A program made the position numbers and the translations under genes. Positions 11,771-23,409 of a stretch of DNA of 64,000 bases are shown in pieces. Below the pieces are notes generated by a model. The model did not search any database, was not told the DNA's origin, and saw only the letters and a list, made by a program, of their open reading frames with translations. How positions within the stretch are numbered: the first letter of the stretch is position 1; each line of letters opens with the position of its first letter. This DNA comes from Iphione sp. A-MEVVRFRX5 (lineage: Eukaryota). The stretch spans positions 56,792,001-56,856,000 of the forward strand of contig OZ320315.1 in the NCBI GenBank assembly GCA_976226885.1, given 5' to 3'.

Positions 11771-11935
11771 CCTCGGGCCTAGCGGCCCTCGACCTCTGGC
11801 GTTAAACGTCGGGACAACACTCAAAAAACGAACTTAACCGCTTCATTTAAGCCCTCAGCCTCAGGCCTATCGGCCCTCGACTTCGGGCTTAAACCTACGG
11901 ACACAAACCAGCATCTGAACTTAACTGCTTTGACA
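11771..11935 (+). repeat. About 88-bp tandem duplication carrying GC hairpins
   Basis: cctcgggcctagcggccctcgacctc and cctcaggcctatcggccctcgacttc, each followed by ttaaac...gaacttaac. Confidence 0.6.
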
Positions 11936-12552
11936 GGAGCCTGGTGGGTTCTAGCGGCCGCGGTTTCGTGCGGCCCTGATTCGAGCGGCCGGGGGTGGCA
12001 GCGGCGGCGGCAGCAGCAGCTCGTGGGGGGTGCAGGGGACTATGATTCGAGGGGGGGATGATGGTGGTGGTGGCGGCGGCGGCGGCAAGCATAACATGGG
12101 GTTTTAATTTGTTTCCAAATTAACACAGTTTCATTCTGTACCATACAATGAACTAGCTTGTCCTTAACTGAAATCAGGAAATACTATAAGTGGGGAAGCT
12201 GAAACAGACAGAAAATACTTTGATTAGGGGAACCTGTAAACAAAGAAAACCTTACACAGGTCCTGGATTTGCTCAAATCAAAGCTCCCAACCGCGACAAC
12301 ACCCTAGCCGCCGCCGCGGCCGCATGGGAAAGACAATCGTTTCTAGGGGACTAATTCATGGCTGTCTACGTCAGAGTGGTAAAGCAACAGTTCCAGAATG
12401 AAAAAAAAAACACTTCGTAGTATGAGGCAGAATCGACAGTACCATGCTCAGGGTCTGATGTACATGTATGATGTTCTCAAAAGCCCCACATAAAGGCCCC
12501 GCACACACGCATTTAGTACTGACCCGAAGACTCTGAGAGAACACATTCTTAC

Positions 12553-13079
12553 CTGCCAGATTTATCACCACTTGGGACATAGACTGCACTTTTGTATTTT
12601 GAAACTGTGGGCAACAGCTGAATTTTAACTATTGAGTCATGATGGCGCTGGAATTCATGAAGGTTTCCCACAACTCGTTTTTCCGTTGGGAGCGGCTTTT
12701 CAGCTTGCATTGTATTCATAGAATTTTTCTCTCTGTATTCCAGTAACATATAACTCAAATACTCATCCCAGTCTACCGTTCCATCGCAATTTGTGTCGAC
12801 TTTCATGAACAAAATATCAAGGTCATCCTCGCTCAGATTCGCATCTAAGGCACGTCTCATTGCCAGGCGAAATTCATCCATGTCCAAACCACCACCTCCA
12901 TCTTCATCTGCCGCCTCGAAAATATCCTCAAGCTTCCTGAGCTTCTCGTTGGTTAGCTGTTCCTCCAGTGGCAGGCTACAGCTCTGTGTACTATCCATAC
13001 TTGTGTCTATGTTGAAACCTGATAGTTTCCTGGGCGGCTTCATACTTTGGTTATTAGTGGGACTGTGAAAACCTTGCAT
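12553..13079 (-). CDS. EF-hand/WD40 protein (WDR49/EFCAB8/WDY family), coding exon 1 with two EF-hands
   Basis: ATG at 13079; EF-hand loops DEDGGGGLDMDEF and DTNCDGTVDWDEY; GTAAGA donor at 12552. EF-hand pair followed by WD40 is the architecture of this family; the exact orthologue was not determined. Confidence 0.9.
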
Positions 13080-13551
13080 GTTCCAGTCTTCGATGGTGAA
13101 ATAAATGAAATCGCATGTAACCTAGGAGCGTGCTACGTATAGCATGTGCAGTGATCCCTCTGTGTTGTAAATACAATCTTTTTAGCAACACCTGTTGATG
13201 AAAATCAGTTTTCGTCGATTTGGATGGTACGTCATACAACCTAGGACAAGTAAATAAAATGACGTCACGGATGTTATCTCGCAGATGTCTCGCGTGAAAA
13301 ATCTGCTGTACACAAATATCTTTTCATTTGCAGTCAATGGTTTTTAAAATTACGAAAAATGTCAATAGAATATAATTCGGCAACACATATCTAGATGTTT
13401 CACATTCACGAAGTGAAGCCACGTGCGTGGTGCCACCTGGTGCTAGAGCCGTGCAAAGTGCATATTTTCTTTTGTGCTAAGGAAGGAATACTCTTGATTA
13501 GTGCCGTATTCCTTTATCAAGCTACAATGACTTCGACCCCTTTTGGGTTGA

Positions 13552-13831
13552 ATGCACTTCAGCGGCCTACCCCCTAATCCAAGATGGCGGCCATGATGTA
13601 AACGGGGGGTTTGGGGGCAAAGCCCCCAAAATTTAGGGGAAATTAGGGTTAGTGTGGGCCTTATAAAATGGAAAAAGGGGGTAGGGTTAGGGTTAGGGTT
13701 AGCTTAATTCCATTAAATTGATTTGTAATGAAGTTAAATGCCAGTTGTCATTGTCAATGTCATGGAAAAACAGTAGTGTGCATGCCCCCCCCCCCCAAAG
13801 AAGATGGCGGGGGTAGGCTGCTATAGTGCAT
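13552..13831. mobile_element. MITE with about 22-bp imperfect TIRs and an internal (TTAGGG)n tract
   Basis: ATGCACTTCAGCGGCCTACCCC pairs with GGGGTAGGCTGCTATAGTGCAT; gtagggttagggttagggttag at 13681-13702. Confidence 0.7.
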
Positions 13832-13992
13832 GATCGCTCCCCGCTTTTTACGCCACTGATTGCTTATTCTTTAATGCAACTGTCTACAGACGCATATATA
13901 CTACGTGTTCCATTATTGATTATACTGTCGTGTAATTACCATTGTGTTATTTATCAATATCCCTGAGCTTCGTAAATAAAAAAAAAATCCAA

Positions 13993-15240
13993 TTTGATAA
14001 CATCAACTACTTCCAGGTAAAAGGCACAGCTATAGGTAGGTACTAGGGTGGCACTAACTTATGGCATGCCAACCTCTACATGGCCGAATTTTAGAGGATG
14101 CATGTATACAGGTATGCAAAACGTTCACACCTTTGAAAGAGATTTATGGATGATGTGTTCATGATCTGTACACATGGGCAACAGGAGCTCATGCTGTTCC
14201 TGGAGCACCTCAACAGTGCCACCACGGACCTGTGCTTTACCTCCACCTCCTCCAATACTCACATCACCTTTCTTGACACAGTCAACATAAAGGATGGAGA
14301 TATCCTTTACGCCAACCTGGGAGTAAAACCCACTGACACCAGAGCCTACCTCCACTACCCATCAGCCCATCCCAGTAAACATGACTGTAATGGACCGGTA
14401 CCGGGCCGGTACAGTTTACGGTAACGGTCCGGTACAGGATATCAGTACCGGTACTGGGCCAGTACAGATTTGCAAATCAGTTTTGTAATGGGCCCGTACC
14501 AGCTATCCAGTACAGGCACAGCACAGGTCCGGTATCGGCCCAGTACAGGCCCAGTACAGTAATCCTTAGTGGGAATTTTCATCACAATTTATAAAGCCCC
14601 CTATTATCACCCACTACCATATTCCAAGAGTACCAGTATTTTACAACCATTCTTCAAATATATTCAAGTGAACAATACACTAGCAAATGTCCTAGTGAAT
14701 TACTGGTTACTTATGTTCAATATCACACAAACTTGTTGAGAAAGAAAACTATATTTACCTGTAAAATGCCAATTCTATTGTCTTCTGTGCTGCACCTCTC
14801 TCTTTTTGACTGTTGATTTTTTATTTTTGAATTTTTACCACTAGGTGGCAGGCATACTTCTGGAAAAAAATGCCAATACCAGGCCAATACTGGGTCAGTA
14901 CATCATTTAGATCATACAAAACACACATGGTATTGGCTACTATTGGCTGGGTAATGGTTTTTATCTACCATTACAATCAGTACCTAACTGTACAAAATTG
15001 GTATCGGACCAATACAGCCTGGGTAATGACTTTTATTTGCAATTACTGCCAGTACCTAACTGTACAAAATTGGTATTGGGCCAATACAGGCATGTTTACT
15101 GGGATCCCCACTCCTGCAAGAAATTAATCCCATACAGCCAATTCCTCCAGACCAGATGCGTTTGTTCTAGGGACATGGACTTCTGGCATCATGTATGACT
15201 GATGATCATTGCCTTCATCAACCGTGAATACTTAAGGGCC
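13993..15240 (+). pseudogene. Penelope-like RT fragment, split by a MITE
   Basis: FDNINYFQVKGTAIG..., MDDVFMICTHGQQEL..FLEHLN..., KPTDTRAYLHYPSAH | PHSCKKLIPYSQF; the reading resumes after 15105. Confidence 0.85.
14371..15103. mobile_element. MITE with CCCAGTAAACATG TIRs and a 2-bp AT TSD
   Basis: Perfect 13-bp TIRs at 14371-14383 and 15091-15103, flanked by AT on both sides; removing the element and one AT restores GCC CAT CCC CAC (AHPH) of the Penelope RT. Confidence 0.9.
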
Positions 15241-15630
15241 TTGCTATCGTTCAATCTCACACATGTTTATAATGTAATGTGGACCAATAAAGTTGCTGTG
15301 AACACCAAAGTTGCTGGTTCCAGACTGTTTATTTCCTTTCAAAACCAGTGTTTATATAGCCTTTCTAAGTGCTTATCCACCAATTAGAGGCCTAGCCTCA
15401 CTGACTAACCAGTCAAAACACATTTCCATCAGTTGCAACAATGTATCATATTAGAAAGAATGTTTTCAGCCAATCAGTACACTTTCCCTTATAAAGGATA
15501 CAAAGTAACAAGCTATAGAATGTTTTCCACTAAGCAGAGAGCTGTCCCCATATTAGGAAATATGGGGTGATCTCTCAGTAACCAATCACAGTTTTAATAC
15601 CTAATATGGGAGGTGGGGTGATCTCCCACC

Positions 15631-15730
15631 AGCCAATCAGAGTGGAGTAACTTAGTAGTGGAAATTTCCACTAGATCATCAACCAATCACAGCACAGTAA
15701 CACAGTAGTGGAAATTTCCATCAGGTCATC
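15631..15730 (+). promoter_or_regulatory. 50-bp tandem pair, each with a CCAAT box and a GGAAATTTCC (kappaB-like) site
   Basis: CCAAT at 15633 and 15683; perfect palindrome AGTGGAAATTTCCACT at 15657-15672 and a second GGAAATTTCC at 15710-15719. Function is not shown. Confidence 0.4.
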
Positions 15731-16339
15731 AAACTACACTCATTGACCTCTAAGTGTATGTAACAGTGGCATCAGAAGTTGCACTCATTGACCCCACATC
15801 TTGCACTCAATGATCCCTGCTATCAGCAGTGTAACTAAACCTAGGCTTTAGCCTACAATAAGCTCAATAGGAAGGGCCTCATTCCCCCACTGTCCCACCC
15901 AAACCCGATCCCCCCAACCCTTACCACCAAAGCCCTCAAGAAGGACCAACATCTTTATGCAATCAGCACATTCTGCCCAGGCTTCACGGCCTTTCAAGGC
16001 ATTTTGTCATCCCCCCTGTGGTCCTGGGGAGGGGCTAGACTCACTGGTCTCTGACAGTGGCCTCTTGGCACCACAGATTAGTTCCAGCAAACCTCTCTAG
16101 AACAGATCCCCATATACCGTAAGGTGTCCTAGTATAACCACTGCCCACAGGGGCCTTTGGAGTTTCTGCAAGGAATGGGTGGATACTCTGCAAATTGTCA
16201 CCCTATACTGGGTGGCCATGCTACTCACATGCTGCCTGACAAAACCATTATGGTAATTTCATTTTGATTTTAATTTTCCATTTTCATTGTATCTTTAACC
16301 AGGAATAAATTCACCTATCATCAGGACAGGGCTCTTCCA

Positions 16340-16617
16340 TATCTTCCTGGAATAGAATACTACCATCTATTATTGAGAATAAAGAGATCAGAATACCTGG
16401 GGTAGCCCCCTACTGTTATTTCCAATTGGTTTTGGGGGTCTTTTTGTACATAGGGGACAGAATCCTATACACCCACAGCCTTTTTACAAGTTGTGGACCA
16501 CTTCTGGGTTGGGGCTACAATAAATCTGTCTGGTCATGGTAAAGATTCCCAGGTCCAGGATTGAACCTGTGATCTCTCAGTCATTGGACCAGTGCTCTAC
16601 CAACTGTTAAACTCCCG
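16340..16617 (-). mobile_element. tRNA-derived SINE
   Basis: Minus-strand A-box/B-box-like head (..agttggtagagc..ggttcaatcc); the body (ctgtgggtgtataggattctgt) is shared with the copy at 22684. Confidence 0.8.
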
Positions 16618-18396
16618 TCGAAACCATGCTCCCCTGTGATCTGTCATCAATACCATCAATTCCCACATCCTGATAAAAAAAAAACAAATCTCAAAGTGTA
16701 GAGGATGTTTTTCTCCTTCCAAAAAAATTACCCCCCCTCTCCCCACTGGGCCACATCCCGGCCCCTCCCCTTTCTCCCTCCTCACCCCTTTGGAAAAATA
16801 TGTTTTTTGTTAGGAAAACCTTTTTCTGTTAAAATAACCCACCCCCCCATGCTCCATACCCTCTTCCTCCCTATTTTCCCCCTGGGTCTAGAGGTTTGCA
16901 CTCTGCTATTGGGAGGGTACACTGGTACCCTTACTCTCTTGCATGGTTGCGCTGGAACACAGTGATAGGGTGCCCACTTGCCACATGATATCAGTTTTTA
17001 ACGAACTTCGAAACAAATGTTTATTCAAAAGCACAAAACGCATGCAAATATGAATACGTGTAACCTTTACCTAAAATAAACTGGCATGTGCTATTGCATA
17101 ACCTTTCTTAGGTTCCTAGCTTTGTAACAGTATTATACTTATAGCCTCTTCACACCATATCAGAGCAGCAAAAGTATGTTCCTGTCCCATTCCATGAATA
17201 CCCTTGTAGCATATGTACAATCTGTGCAAACTAAGATTATGCTATGTTACACTTCTGTGCACAGTGTGTGGTACTCAAAGAATACATCCACACAATTGGA
17301 GTATATGTGTTGGCATGAGTCTTGCTATACATTGCAGGAGTTTCACTGGTATAGCAAAACAAATTCCAAAGCATATAGCACCATTACATGGTGGTATTGT
17401 CTTTATCTTATGCAAATTTTGTGAGAAATTAAATTCAACAATATTCTTAGCTTCTGCCATTACTGAATGAATAAACTTCCAGACCAGGTGAAATTTGAAT
17501 GTGTTGTTTTATTCCAAGAGTAACATTCCAAGCAATGACAATACAACAACTGCCTCAAACCCCGCCACGACCCTGCTTATATACAAGATTTCCGCCTCTG
17601 CCCCTCTATGAACCTTCCTCCCTCCACCCTAAAACCCTCTGCCGAACCCACACTCAGACCCTCCGGAACAATATCTTTTTGAAGCGTCCTTGTAAAATTA
17701 TCAATCACTTGCAAAGCAGATATTTACATATTCCCAGTACGTGCGCTGTACATGCTCATTAGATTCGACGTTGCTTAGTTGGACTATTTCCAAACTACTT
17801 GTTTGGAAGATGATGCTATTCAGAGGAACCTTCGTTTAAAGGCAAATATGCATTAAACTGGCTTCCACGTATGTCTAAAGGTGTGTATATGTTAAATGTT
17901 AAGCGTACCCTTCTCTGTTTTGCTGGAAATTGTATATTTAGATTATATTACCATGCTGAAAATTGGAATCATTGCATAAGTGCCATTTTGTTTTGGTAAA
18001 ATCTGAGCAAAATATGACTTTGTAATGCGTCATTTACCGCCATAACATGTGTGACGATAAAAAAAATGGGCTAGAAGGGGGCACAAAAGGCTGTGTTTAC
18101 TGCATAAGCATGGAATAAACATCAAATACCATACTACTGTGAGAGGATGGTAGGACTATACGTGCCTGCTCACTGAATGAGCACTGAATAACCACCTATT
18201 GTTAGGATCATATTATCTTAACAGGGGTTGGGTAATGCAGTTACAGGTGAAAAAACACGTAGGTACTGTTTACGATAGGAACCCTGTAATGAGTCGACAG
18301 TTCTTATCTGAGGCAATATGTTTTTACAAATACTCGTCTTCAGTTATAATTTCTTCAGTGTTTACACATGATTTATGCGTTAAATCTTCATTTCAG

Positions 18397-18437
18397 GTAT
18401 ACATTATATAATTTGAGGACCGGCACGGACACAGCAG
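18397..18437 (+). CDS. ADAMTS-like metalloprotease, small exon
   Basis: tttcag acceptor and GTATTT donor, 41 nt; YTLYNLRTGTDTAG joins the next exon in phase. Confidence 0.7.
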
Positions 18438-18626
18438 GTATTTATTGTGTAACTACTTATGTCCCTTTGATTAACAATAACATAAGGATAATGGTAAACA
18501 CACGTTTTCATCTTTTTACGCGAAAGGTTTTTACTAGAACCCACTTGAGTCCATCAAACTTCAGCATTCTTTTGTAGACAATTTATAATCTTCCTTATGT
18601 CACCAAATATTTTATTTCTCCTAAAG

Positions 18627-18741
18627 GTATGGCTTACATCGGCACCATCTGCAGCGTTATTGATGGCTACTCAGCTTCGGTCATTGAAGAAGTTGGTGCC
18701 TTTGCCAATGTAGGAACTGTTACTCACGAACTTGGACACAG
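18627..18741 (+). CDS. ADAMTS-like metalloprotease, exon with HELGH
   Basis: (G)MAYIGTICSVIDGYSASVIEEVGAFANVGTVTHELGH(S); canonical splice sites. Confidence 0.92.
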
Positions 18742-19460
18742 GTACCTCGAAAAGCTCTACGATACCCCCGATGAATTTTAGTTATTTCCTTCTGTTTCGT
18801 TTTTTTATATTAAGTCAATTAGAACATGTCATCCAACAACGACAACAATGGCGATCACATTGAAAAGGCCCCATAGTTTGGCTCTACATTCACATTTCCA
18901 CCTAGAAGGAAATTATGGGCATTTAAGACAGAATATCTAACAACTATTAAAGGAATGTATTTACTGGAATGAAAAAGCACCATACCCTGTAGCACATCAT
19001 ATCAGAATATTTACTTCATTTCCATAAAATACTGAAACAGTATTCCTACAACCTGATGAAGAATATATGCCGTTTCTTGCTTTATACCTGTGTAATGAAA
19101 TAGCAAGACTATCAGAAAGAATATAATGAATAGCTGATTGAAAGGAGACAACTAAGAAAGTGCGTGTGTTGGATAGCATACCATAATACATTGGTTATCT
19201 GGTAGAAGAACTGAACTTGATCAAGAAATGTGGCAGCTAGTGAAGTGACAAGTAACCGTATATGGAATTCATAGTACCATATTGGCCAGCACCTTGAACT
19301 ATTCTGCTGTTGATGTATACTGGAATGGAATCGGAAAGAGGGCTTAAGAGGAGCTCACTATACATGCGTTATACCTCCTTGTAAGCAAATAGAGCAGTCT
19401 TGAGCACCGTTGGCGTAAATAAGGATGGTCCTGATTAATGTTGAATATTTCATGTTCCAG

Positions 19461-19616
19461 TTTGGGTGCTCACCACGACGGCACAGGAGAGAATACTGGT
19501 TGTCCCGCAGAAGATAATTTCTTAATGACCCCGCAGAATGCTGGAGAGCCAGGAGTTTTGAGAAACTTTTATTCCTTTTCACAATGTACAGTCAAAGAAT
19601 TTAAAGACAAGCTTCG
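19461..19616 (+). CDS. ADAMTS-like metalloprotease, exon with third zinc ligand and Met-turn
   Basis: LGAHHDG...CPAEDNFLMTP...FSQCTVKEFKDKLR; completes HExxHxxGxxHD. Confidence 0.92.
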
Positions 19617-19925
19617 GTAAGATTATCAAACTGAGATTGGTTTGAATATTATCCGTACATGGACATCCTTTCACGTAATCATAACCTCTAAGGATAACCT
19701 TCTTGCATTTCAAACAAAAGTATAAAGAAAAACTTGATAAATAAAGATAAATAAAAATGATTTAAATTTGAATAAAGAAACCACGTGTGCGACAAAGTGC
19801 GTGTATGAGAGGTCGTGTACGGGTACAGTTTCAGATGAAAGGTTCTAGCTACATTGGCCTGGCCACCAAACTCTCATGTACCTGTCGGGAGTCTACCTTC
19901 ACCAATGTATCGATTTATGTTCCAG

Positions 19926-20052
19926 TACACAGCAAGCTGACTGCCTCTTTGATACTGAACCTCGTGAATACAAAGGGAAACTGCCTGGAGAAGTACTGAG
20001 TGTTGACCAACAATGTAGCAAATTGTTTGGTGAGGGCTCCAACCTTTGTCCT
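19926..20052 (+). CDS. ADAMTS-like metalloprotease, start of disintegrin-like domain
   Basis: TQQADCLFDTEP...LPGEVLSVDQQCSKLFGEGSNLCP; ttccag acceptor and GTAAGT donor; phase consistent. Confidence 0.9.
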
Positions 20053-20215
20053 GTAAGTAAAATAACTTTTTTTTACCTGTACTGCATTCGTTTTTGTTCG
20101 TAAATGTACCATAGATATAAAAAATACAAATGCTACGAACAATGCATGAAAACAGTCTTCATAATGCATTCGAAATAATACAGGCAGTATTTTGTAACCG
20201 AACATTCTGATTCAG

Positions 20216-20338
20216 GTGGAGGTATTGAACAAGAATATTTGTCTACGACTGTGGTGCCAGAAGCCAAGCGATCCCCGCAGCTGTGTAACCTCGGGGTCAC
20301 TTGGTGCTCTCTACGGGACACCCTGTGACAAAGGAAAG
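20216..20338 (+). CDS. ADAMTS-like metalloprotease, disintegrin-like Cys exon
   Basis: NICLRLWCQKPSDPRSCVTSGSLGALYGTPCDKGK; 123 nt, phase 0/0. Confidence 0.9.
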
Positions 20339-22063
20339 GTACATCATGTAATTTTTAATGATCCTTTTTGACGCTATCAAGCACACCATAAGGCCCCGTT
20401 TTCATGCAATTGTATGTGTGTTTGAACATGCATTGGTGTGCATTCCCATGCATATTTTGAGAGCAAAATCATTTCATTGTGGGGTGCCTTCTATGTGCAT
20501 GAATGCCGATATGCAGGAGGCTGTGGGAGGCTGTGTATGCCTGTTTTTGAACATGTTCAATAATTTCCCACTTGAACACATGGGAACACAATTTTTAATG
20601 CCCATTTTGGCAAATTTGTGACCAGCCATGGGAAAAGGGGTAAAATTAAAGTTGAAATGTAAAATAACCAAATTAGAGGCCTAAAAATGAAGGAAATGGA
20701 AATCTAGTCATAAAAAACTCTATTTGCTTTTTTTATATAGAATCTGTGGCAACAATTAGTTTTGATAAATTCTTATTCCTTATTAAGTAATATTAATTCA
20801 TGTGTTCATAGCTATAAATGAGCTAATGTACATAAATATACACATTATGTTATCATAGTAACAAAATTTGAGGATTATTTTAAATGCCTGTATAATGCAG
20901 AAATATATAGAATGTTCTATCAAGTCCTGAAACTCTTTCAAAAATATCTTTTTTAGAACTGATTCTGTGTAAGAGTGAGAATTTAAGATTAATTTACATA
21001 TTTCATGGTATCTAGGATGTTTACACTATAGAGTGTCAAGGAGTGCATTTAGCATTAAATTACATCTTTTTGAATGGTTGGTTGTATCACATTTGAATTA
21101 AGATAACTCAGGATCTAAAGAGAGTATTTACACAATCTTTGCACCAAATGAAGCCCAAAAGTGTTCTTTAGTTTCCATAGGTTAATATTGGAATACTCTT
21201 TTTCCATGGCTGGTCACATTTGCACAGGCTTTCTCATAAGTTCCACACATTTCCACACAAATTAATTGTTTTTCATACTTTTCTCTATCAAACTCACAAT
21301 GCCATATGCATCAAATTCACTGTTTGTCTTACTTTCCCAGTCAAATCTGTCGTTTTTTGGACTTTTTTGCTTCACTCACACACTGTTCCACAACACACCC
21401 CAGAAGGCACACCTCTGCATGAGGCTGCGTGAAGCTGCATGAAGCTATGTGAGGCTGCAAGAAAAAAGAAATGCAAGTCCCTGCACCCAGACCTCAGTTG
21501 TAACCTCACACAGCCTTATACAGTTGTGGAAACTGGGCCTAAGTATTTTTACCGATACACCTAGGATTCGGCTCTTGTCATATTGTAATCCTTGTGATCA
21601 AAGTAGAATGATTCATACTATGAAAAACTGAAAGCTACACGGTCCATGTTTTACAAAATCAAACATTGTCTATGCCTTAGTACACCCATTGCATTATAAA
21701 AGGCATTTACTTGATGTAGTGGAAGCAAACTATACACTAATATAGCCGGTTTTTAAATCCTTGTTAAAAGTTATACCAGGGAAAAGCTATACCATGGAAT
21801 AGTTGAGGGTATAGCTATTCCCTCTAGAGGGTATAAATGTCTGCAGACTTATACCAGGGAATAACTTGACTTAGTGTAATCCAAGACTAAACCATCACTT
21901 CTAATAGTCCGATTTTGATAAAACTTTTATCAAATGAAAGCTAATGGCCTAAAGAAGACAATAAGCCATAGCGGGACTTTCTACCATTATTGACGAATTT
22001 ATGGTCATGAACTTTCATTTGTTAAGTGAAATGTCTATGTCAGAATCATTTTTCTCTCATCAG

Positions 22064-22124
22064 ATATGTGTCCATGGTGATTGTGTAACCTCAAAACAGG
22101 AAATTAAATTCAAACCTCAACAAG
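22064..22124 (+). CDS. ADAMTS-like metalloprotease, exon
   Basis: ICVHGDCVTSKQEIKFKPQQ completes the GK-xC-x-G-xC motif; ctcatcag acceptor and GTAAGA donor. Confidence 0.85.
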
Positions 22125-22683
22125 GTAAGATCACTTCAGTCATCCAGATACAATATGTTAATATATCTACGGAGAAATTACACAAATGTAATAAAACATG
22201 GTTAGTTAAATACTAACTTTCTGTTCTATTCTTGTGGAACTAACTGAAATAATATAATTGAATTCAGCTTGTTTCTGTCATAGTGGAGTAGTGTCGAGCA
22301 CAATCTACACTAAGGATACAACAAAATGCATTCACACAGTTGACTCACATAGATTGGGGGTAGAAGATAAAAGAGACATGGGGACGCAGGGCGAAGGGAA
22401 GGGAGGGAGAAAGATGAATTAGAGAAAAAGAACAGTGTACAAATATTGAGTGGAAAAGAGAGGGACAACTACGAAATACGGAAAGGAGAGGGAAAGACAC
22501 AGAAGGAAGGCAGAAAGAGGAAGGAAAAATGGCGACAAAGACAGGAGATCCACAGTCCAGGTTAGAGAGACAGCATGAAGACATAGGAGAAGATGGAGTG
22601 AATAATAATAGGCTATAGGGATGGGATGTAGCAGAAGATGAATAGCAGAATTAAAGGGGAACTTGACGCCAAGCAAAAGGGAG

Positions 22684-22960
22684 GGGGGTAGTTAGCTCAG
22701 TTGGCATGAGTGCTGACTAGCCCTGGTCCACTGATTCAGAGGTCAGAGGCTCAATCCCAGGCTTGGGACTCTTGATCATGACTGGACAGATTTACTATGT
22801 CCCTAACCCAGCATGGTCCACAACCCATAAAAAGTCTGTGGGTGTATAGGATTCTGTTCACTATGCAAAAAAGACCCCAAAATAAGAGTAGAGGGCACCC
22901 CCCCCCCATATTCTGGTCTCTCTACTCTCAACAATAGAATGGCAGTATACTACCACTCCT
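22684..22960 (+). mobile_element. tRNA-derived SINE (same family as 16340-16617)
   Basis: A-box TAGCTCAGTTGG, B-box-like GGCTCAATCC, and a body shared with the minus-strand copy. Confidence 0.82.
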
Positions 22961-23409
22961 CCCACAGAGTTGCACATAGGGTTATCACCCCACCAACCAT
23001 GTAAAGAAAGCTACAGCTACAGAAACTAGCACTACAAGATCAAAATCTGAGATACTGGCCCTATGCTCCAATCAGAACGAAGAAGAACAAAATCAAAGTG
23101 ACACCCAGCAAACACTACGATGTTATGAATATAGTGAAGATGGTGTGGACGGTATCCCTACCATGTGTTCATATAAGCTGTACTCTGTGACCCCTCTAAA
23201 GGTAGGAGGTTGGGTAACACAACCATGTATCCATCTGAGCTCTGCTCTGTGACCTCTATGGTCAATGGTGGTTGTGGTACCCGAACCAGCTAAGTCAAGA
23301 TGTGTACTTGGTGAATCTAGAGCTGGTTCAAGGTGACCTTTCCTGGAATTTGATTGGTGCAGAGCATTCTGTTTATGGTAACCAGCAGAAACCACTATTT
23401 TAAGGATCT

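Noticed and set aside
13110-13250. RFX X-box upstream of the ciliary-type WD40 gene
   Set aside because: Only half-sites (GTAACCTAGG, CAACCTAGGACAA) are present, too weak to call.
22350-22680. Purine-rich tracts (also 30660-30990 and the pyrimidine-rich 37520-37730) as homologous repeats or LTRs
   Set aside because: The similarity is compositional only; no alignable sequence was seen.
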